From Octopus vulgaris (Eukaryota), in contig OX597827.1 of the NCBI GenBank assembly GCA_951406725.2, positions 12,896,001 to 12,960,000 on the forward strand: 64,000 nt of DNA. Reading direction: 5' to 3'. Shown here piece after piece: positions 57,080-64,000 of this stretch. The notes beneath the pieces were generated by a model. It was not told the DNA's origin. It searched no databases and saw only the letters and a list, made by a program, of their open reading frames with translations. Every line of letters starts with the position of its first letter. Position 1 is the stretch's first letter. The position numbers were made by a program, and so were the translations under genes.

Positions 57080-57496
57080 TACTCTTTTACTTGTTTCCAT
57101 CATTTGATTGTGGCCATGCTGGAGCACCGCCTTTTAGTCGAGCAAATCAACCCCAGGACTTATTTTTTGTAAGCCTAGTACTTATTCCATCAGTATCTTT
57201 TGCCGAACCGCTAAGTTACGGGGACATAAATACACCAGCATCGGTTGTCAAGCGATGTTAGTGGGAGGGAGGACAAACACAGACACACAAACATATACAT
57301 ACACATACATACATATATATATATACATATATACGACGGGCTTCTTTCAGTTTCTGTCTACCAAATACACTCACAAGGCTTTGGTCGGCCTGAGGCTATA
57401 GCAGAAGACACTTGGCCAAGATGCCACGCAGTGGGACTGAACCCGGAACCATGTGGCTGGTTAGCAAGCTACTGACCACACAGCCACTCCTGCGCC
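57080..57496 (-). mobile_element. SINE family A, full length, tail-to-tail with the previous copy
   Basis: Same structure. Confidence 0.93.
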
Positions 57497-58125
57497 ATTT
57501 GTATAAAAAGATCATGTTACATGACTTTCTATTATAAAATAAGTCAACTGTGTAATAAATTAAAATACAAACTGATTAAATATTTGGAGCTGTTTAATAA
57601 AGCTGCTTAAAATCCCTGAAGATTTTTCCCCAGCATGGCTTCTTGGGTTCTCTATAAATCATATAAGAGATGGGCCCTGCACAGAACTTCTTACAAAGTT
57701 GCTTAATGGTCAAGCTTTGCAATGGGACTAAAATCTTACCACAAAACAAAATACTTAGACACTGTTAAAATGGCAAGACCACTTTTAAGTCCTAAATCCT
57801 AAGACAAAATGCTAGCAAATGAGACATGATGGTCACACAGTTCAATAATGCTAATGAAATTATAAGTCACCTTTCACAGAATTCAAATTTCTTCTCATAG
57901 AAAACTCAATAGAGCTATGAGAGGAATATAAGTTATCATTTTCCGATGAACTGTAAGTACATCAATATCATATATATATATATATATATAGATGTATATG
58001 CATGTTTGTGTGTGTTTTCATAATTATATATAGACAGATGCATATATATATATACATATACATATACATATAACAAAATCCTTTTTATCATATATATATA
58101 TATATACATATAACGAAATCCTTTT

Positions 58126-58190
<65 letters not shown>

Positions 58191-58298
58191 TAATTATATA
58201 TAGACAGATGCATATATATATACATATACATATAACAAAATCCTTTTTATCATATATATATATATATATATACATATAACGAAATCCTTTTTATTATC

Positions 58299-58360
<62 letters not shown>

Positions 58361-58781
58361 TGTGTGTGTGTGTATTCATACCTATGCACACAATACCTAC
58401 TTTTATGTGGTGAAGTATCATACAGATACACTCTAACGCACTCCTGATTTAGCCAGAAGCACTCTTTTGGATAAACTGGTATTTGGATGAGTAACCAATT
58501 GCGTGTAAAAAGCAGCATTTCTGTGCACTAAGAAAGTTCTTATTAAACGGCACCACAAAGTCTATATTAAAGCTACCAAGAAATACATCTGATCATAAAA
58601 CAGGACACCAAAGGCATATTACTATCAATGTGCATTCATCTTTCTTTCCCTCAGTTTTGGCCTTTTCATTACACATATACACACACATAAATATTCATAA
58701 TATTCATGTAAATATATGCAAGTATGTGTGTGTGTGTGTGTGTGTATACATATATATATGTGTGTGTATTTGTGCATGCGT

Positions 58782-58897
<116 letters not shown>

Positions 58898-58898
58898 G

Positions 58899-58931
<33 letters not shown>

Positions 58932-58932
58932 T

Positions 58933-58997
<65 letters not shown>

Positions 58998-59712
58998 GTA
59001 GATAGATAGGTAGATAGATAGATAGATAGATAGATAGATTGATAGATAGATAGATAGATACATACATATATACATGTGTGTGTGTTTGCACACGCACTGT
59101 GTGTGTATATAAAGTCATATATCTTAAAAAATATTATGTGTATATGCACGTATGTATGTGATAGTGTGTGTCCTTGTATCTTTTTATGTTCGCTTGTGTG
59201 TGTGTGTTGATGTATAACATATGCTCAATGTACGAAAGCTAATTTAGAAGTAATATATATATCATTATACATACATTTATATATGCGTGTGTGTGTATAT
59301 ATGTGTGTGTGTGTGTGCGTGTGTGTGTATAACTGAGAGGAAAAGTAACAGAGAAACACACACTTATATCACATATATATGTGTGTAGTAGGAAAAAGAG
59401 ACATACTCCCTCACATATGCACACATACACACATGCGGAAACCCACACACATACACAGACACATACATTCTATCATGCACTGAAAAGTGAAGAGAATAAA
59501 AGTTGGCAATGGCTAGTGCCAGAATCTTGCAATATAGCAGTGAAAATAATCATAGTATTTGAGACAATATCTCCTCAATCTTATTGTTATCATAATGATA
59601 ACAAGGAAGTGGTGAGACTATTAACAAACCTTAGTAATACACACATATACATACATAAATATATACACGCACGCACACACATATATACATACATATGTAT
59701 GTGTGTATGTAA

Positions 59713-59791
<79 letters not shown>

Positions 59792-59823
59792 TATACACAT
59801 ATATATATATACATATGTATGTG

Positions 59824-59859
<36 letters not shown>

Positions 59860-59989
59860 CATACATATATATACACACATATATATATATATACATACAT
59901 ACATATACACACATATATATATATACATATGTATGTGTATGATATATATATATATACATATACATATATATATATATATATGATGATGA

Positions 59990-60083
<94 letters not shown>

Positions 60084-60932
60084 TATACATATATATACAT
60101 ATGCACACATACAATCAGTAATGCAGTGTAACTGTTTTAATACATGTATTAACATTTTCATACAGATGTAAGTCTATCTTTGCCTAAGTGTGTGAGTGTG
60201 TTTTCATGTGTATATCGTAGATGCGGATTTGTTAATATATGATATGAGATACACATCTGTATATCTGTATCTATTTAATATACCATACTTGCTATTTATG
60301 TGAAAGGACTTTTAGCAGAAGTATGTAAGTGTATTTATTATCATTCTGTCTATTTGTCTATTCTCATTTCTGCTTAAATTGCTTTCCATCTATATATCCA
60401 AACATATATATATTCTTACATACAATCATACACGACTATACACACACATATATATATTTGCCCACATGCACAAACACACACACATACACATAATTATACA
60501 CACACATACATGAATAACAAGCTCGCTAACGCACAATCACACATTTATCTAAGCATTGATCAGATAAAAGAGAAGGATTATAGCCTAAAATTGACACTGA
60601 ATAATAGTACCTCATCTAGCATATTCAGAGAAGTACATTATCTCTATTGAATTTATAACAAACGCTTATCAGCAAATTGATGGAACTATTAAAGAACACA
60701 GCCCGGCTATCTGATTTTCAGAATCTCATCACTAAATCTTTAGAAATCCGCTGCAGCCATGTCATACATTCAGCTGATGTTTCATATTTGAAGCTAAGAT
60801 TCTCACTATATGTTAAATAATAACTTGGATACAAAATCCCTTCTTCCCTTATATATATATATATACATACATATATATATACATATATATATGTGTATAT
60901 ATATATATATATATATAATATATATATACATA

Positions 60933-61309
60933 TACTCTTTTACTCTTTTACTTGTTTCAGTCATTTGACTGCGGCCATGCTGGAGCACAGCCTTTAGTCG
61001 GGCAAATCGACCCCGGGACTTATTCTTTTTTGTAAGCCCAGTACTTATTCTATCAGTCTCTTTTTTGCCGAACCGCTAAGTAACAGGGACATAAACACAC
61101 CAGCATCGGTTGTCAAGCAATGCTAGGGGGACAAACACAGACACACAAACACATACACACACACACATATATATATATATACATATATACGACAGGCTTC
61201 TTTCAGTTTCCGTCTGCCAAATCCACTCACAAGGCATTGGTCTGCCCGAGGCTATAGCAGAAGACACTTGCCCAAGATGCCACACAGTGGGACTGAACCT
61301 GGAACCATG
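60933..61309 (-). mobile_element. SINE family A, head truncated
   Basis: Runs from the tail to gggactgaacctggaaccatg, then (TA)n. Confidence 0.92.
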
Positions 61310-61582
61310 ATTTTATATATATATATATGTATATATACACGCACACATACACATATTTGTGTGTATGTGTTTGTATGTATGCATACTTATATGTTTTTAT
61401 ATATGCATGTATTTATTTATGCTTATGCTCCTAACCGAATTAAACTTTAAAATTCAAAATAATTACTAGTTGAATATCGTTTTGTTATGTTTTTTTCCAT
61501 TTTGTATATTTTTCTGTATTTTTTTTTCTTTTTGTTTCTTTAAAAATCCATTTGATTATATACAGAAAGTATGACAACGACA

Positions 61583-61613
<31 letters not shown>

Positions 61614-62050
61614 CGATGATGACGATGATGACGATAACAACGACGACGAGGATGATGATAATGATGATGAGGATGATATCAAAGTTTGGCAAATAACAAT
61701 TAAGTACATAAAGATTATATGATATTAATAAGTATTTCTCTTTATATAATTTATTTTCTGTCTTACAAAATCATTTTTAAAATGTTCACTTTTAGTGGAG
61801 TAGATCTACAATCAAAATCATTGCCATGACAACTCGTTTTGTTCTCAGACATTTTGTATCTAGGAGAACATTATCTACTGTGACATTAATTTTCCTGTTT
61901 TCAATATAGTACTCGATTTGATTGGGATTTGGCTACCATTTCTAGCAGTCTTTGTGACCACACAACATAAGTATTCTTTCATTTGCTTGCCCAGAGTAAC
62001 AGGCCACTGAAACAGATGAAGACTAAATAAACACAATATGTGTATGTACT

Positions 62051-62136
<86 letters not shown>

Positions 62137-62139
62137 CAT

Positions 62140-62362
62140 GTAAATGTGTAATGTGACGCCGTGTGTACCGTTGGCGATTTTTTTTTCCTCTGTCTTCCCT
62201 TTTCTGGATCTTTCCTTCTCCTATGTTTTCGACGAAGAGCTCCACTCGAAACGCTAAACCCTCCTTCTTCCCTTCCTTCCTGAGCGTCCAATAATACTAT
62301 ATTTGTTCCACGTCCTCGCGTTGTTGTGTTTTCTCTTTGTGTTTTCATGTTTGGATTAACTG
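62140..62362 (+). mobile_element. Probable Penelope-like terminal repeat remnant in (TA)n with a hammerhead-like core variant
   Basis: CpG-rich island between TA runs; tttcgacgaa-gag-ctcca-ctc-GAAAC-gctaaac resembles CUGANGA/stem II/GAAA with a deviant core. Confidence 0.5.
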
Positions 62363-62587
62363 TATATATATATATGTATGTATGTATGTATGTATACATA
62401 TATTTATACATAACAAATTTGTGTCCACCAAAACCAAATGCAGTAAGAGAAATAAGTGAAAGTGAAGTGGCCAGTAATATGCATTAAACCAACAAAGGCA
62501 AACAGGAATATATGAAAAACACATACAAAATAAATTGACATTATCTCTACTACCACAGACGTTCTCTTTATATACGTATATACATAG

Positions 62588-62638
<51 letters not shown>

Positions 62639-62821
62639 TACATACACATACATACATATACATACATATATACCTACATACGTACATATATATATATAAA
62701 TATATATATACATGTATATTATATACATACACATACACACACATCTATATATATATAGATGTGTGTGTGTATGTATATATATATATGTGTGTGTGTATAT
62801 GCATGTGTATATATATATATA

Positions 62822-62866
<45 letters not shown>

Positions 62867-63728
62867 GTTATGTGGAAGGATGAATGGATGTTTGTAAGTA
62901 TGTATATTAATAATGATAGATAAAATATGTCACTAGATAGCAGTATCTTTTCTTCTTTTTATTATTTTGTTTATATACAAAATATTAAAGGATTTTCGTT
63001 AAGAGATGTTAGGACATAGTTTATCTTGTATTTTTATTTTTTTTGTGTGTATTTTTATTTTTTTTGTCTTGCACTGAAGAATCAGTTTTTGTGCTCATGG
63101 TTCGCTCTGTATGTGTGCATACTTATTTATTTATTACTGGTCAAAAATTCTGTAACCAAAAATTTTGATTCAGAAACAAATTCTCAAAAGCAAATTGCAT
63201 GACCTCGATGGCATATACAGGGACAAGGAACTTTTCAACCAATTATAAAGTAATGCAACCACCTCATTCTAATAGCAGAGACAAGGTTTGAATCTTTTTG
63301 GACAAGATATCACTAAACAACAATACAACCTGAACTCAGTTATGAATAAATAAATTAATTAATTGATTAATTAATACGTATTCAGATTTATATGAGAGCC
63401 CTTTTTTTAAAGTTAACGATGGGAACTGAACTTACTGGCTTCATTGTTACTTGACAAATTGTAAAGATTCGCTCATCTTTTCCACATGAAGTGCTGGAAA
63501 ACAGAAACTGAAGACTACTAATTAGAAATGTTTATAATAATATATCTAATTAGTAGGGAACATTTGGTGCACTACAATCAGATCTATTTTCTTGAAGAAA
63601 ATTCCAGGTCATATAAAGCATAGCTTTGAAATTTAAATATATTTTAATAATTATTTTCCATTTTGCCAAAATGAAATTCCTTGGTTATGGCATGTGATTG
63701 CGAGTGGTGTGCAGTAAAATTGAATTCG

Positions 63729-64000
63729 AGGCCTCATAGTTGCTGGAATTTGCATCACCAGTCTGGAACCACTATCTTGCCCAGGATATTAATTGTCTGG
63801 AAGCCGTTCAGCGACGTGCAACCAAATGAATATCCTCCATCTGGCATTTGCCATATTCTGAACGCCTTACTTCCCTGGGCATGGACACATTGAAACTCCG
63901 ACGTCTGGCAGCTGACTTGGCAGACACCCATAAAATTATTAACCATCTTATAAACAATTACTCTGAGCACCTTTTCAAACTCCACCTGTCTAACACCCGT
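63729..64000 (+). mobile_element. CR1-group LINE ORF2 C-terminal fragment (continues past the window)
   Basis: LEFASPVWNHYLAQDINCLEAVQRRATK*ISSIWHLPYSERLTSLGMDTLKLRRLAADLADTHKII...SNTR matches the LE.VQRRATK...Y.ERL..L..RR..DL motif of CR1/L2-group elements. Confidence 0.88.

Overview
This is AT-rich eukaryotic (animal) non-coding DNA, saturated with microsatellites ((TA)n, (CA)n, (TATC)n, (TACA)n, (ATT)n, (CAT)n, (CAC)n, (GAA)n). The repeat families and microsatellite load look like an octopus/coleoid cephalopod genome; this comes from recognition and was not checked by search. No intact protein-coding gene is visible, and nearly all supplied ORFs are translations of simple repeats. Identifiable content: (1) many copies of two tRNA-derived SINE families, here called A and C, plus minor families; (2) a 5'-truncated, internally deleted RTE LINE at 47.0-48.9 kb with a PHD-like finger inside its RT, plus about 9 dispersed copies of its 3' end; (3) fragments of two other RTE families, CR1, R4/Dong-like and Hero-like LINEs; (4) a degraded DD34E Tc1 transposase split by an RTE insertion; (5) a piggyBac-type MITE; (6) long palindromes; (7) at least two well-formed minimal hammerhead ribozyme motifs of the Penelope-like type, plus degenerate ones. 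A few short candidate exons near 33.5/35.7 kb (minus) and 51.6/53.1 kb (plus) suggest the window may be intronic. I found no convincing new multi-gene system. The best leads are the hammerhead mini-elements, the PHD-in-RT RTE, the SINE-C/microsatellite array and the inverted SINE pairs. Element boundaries are read by eye and are approximate.
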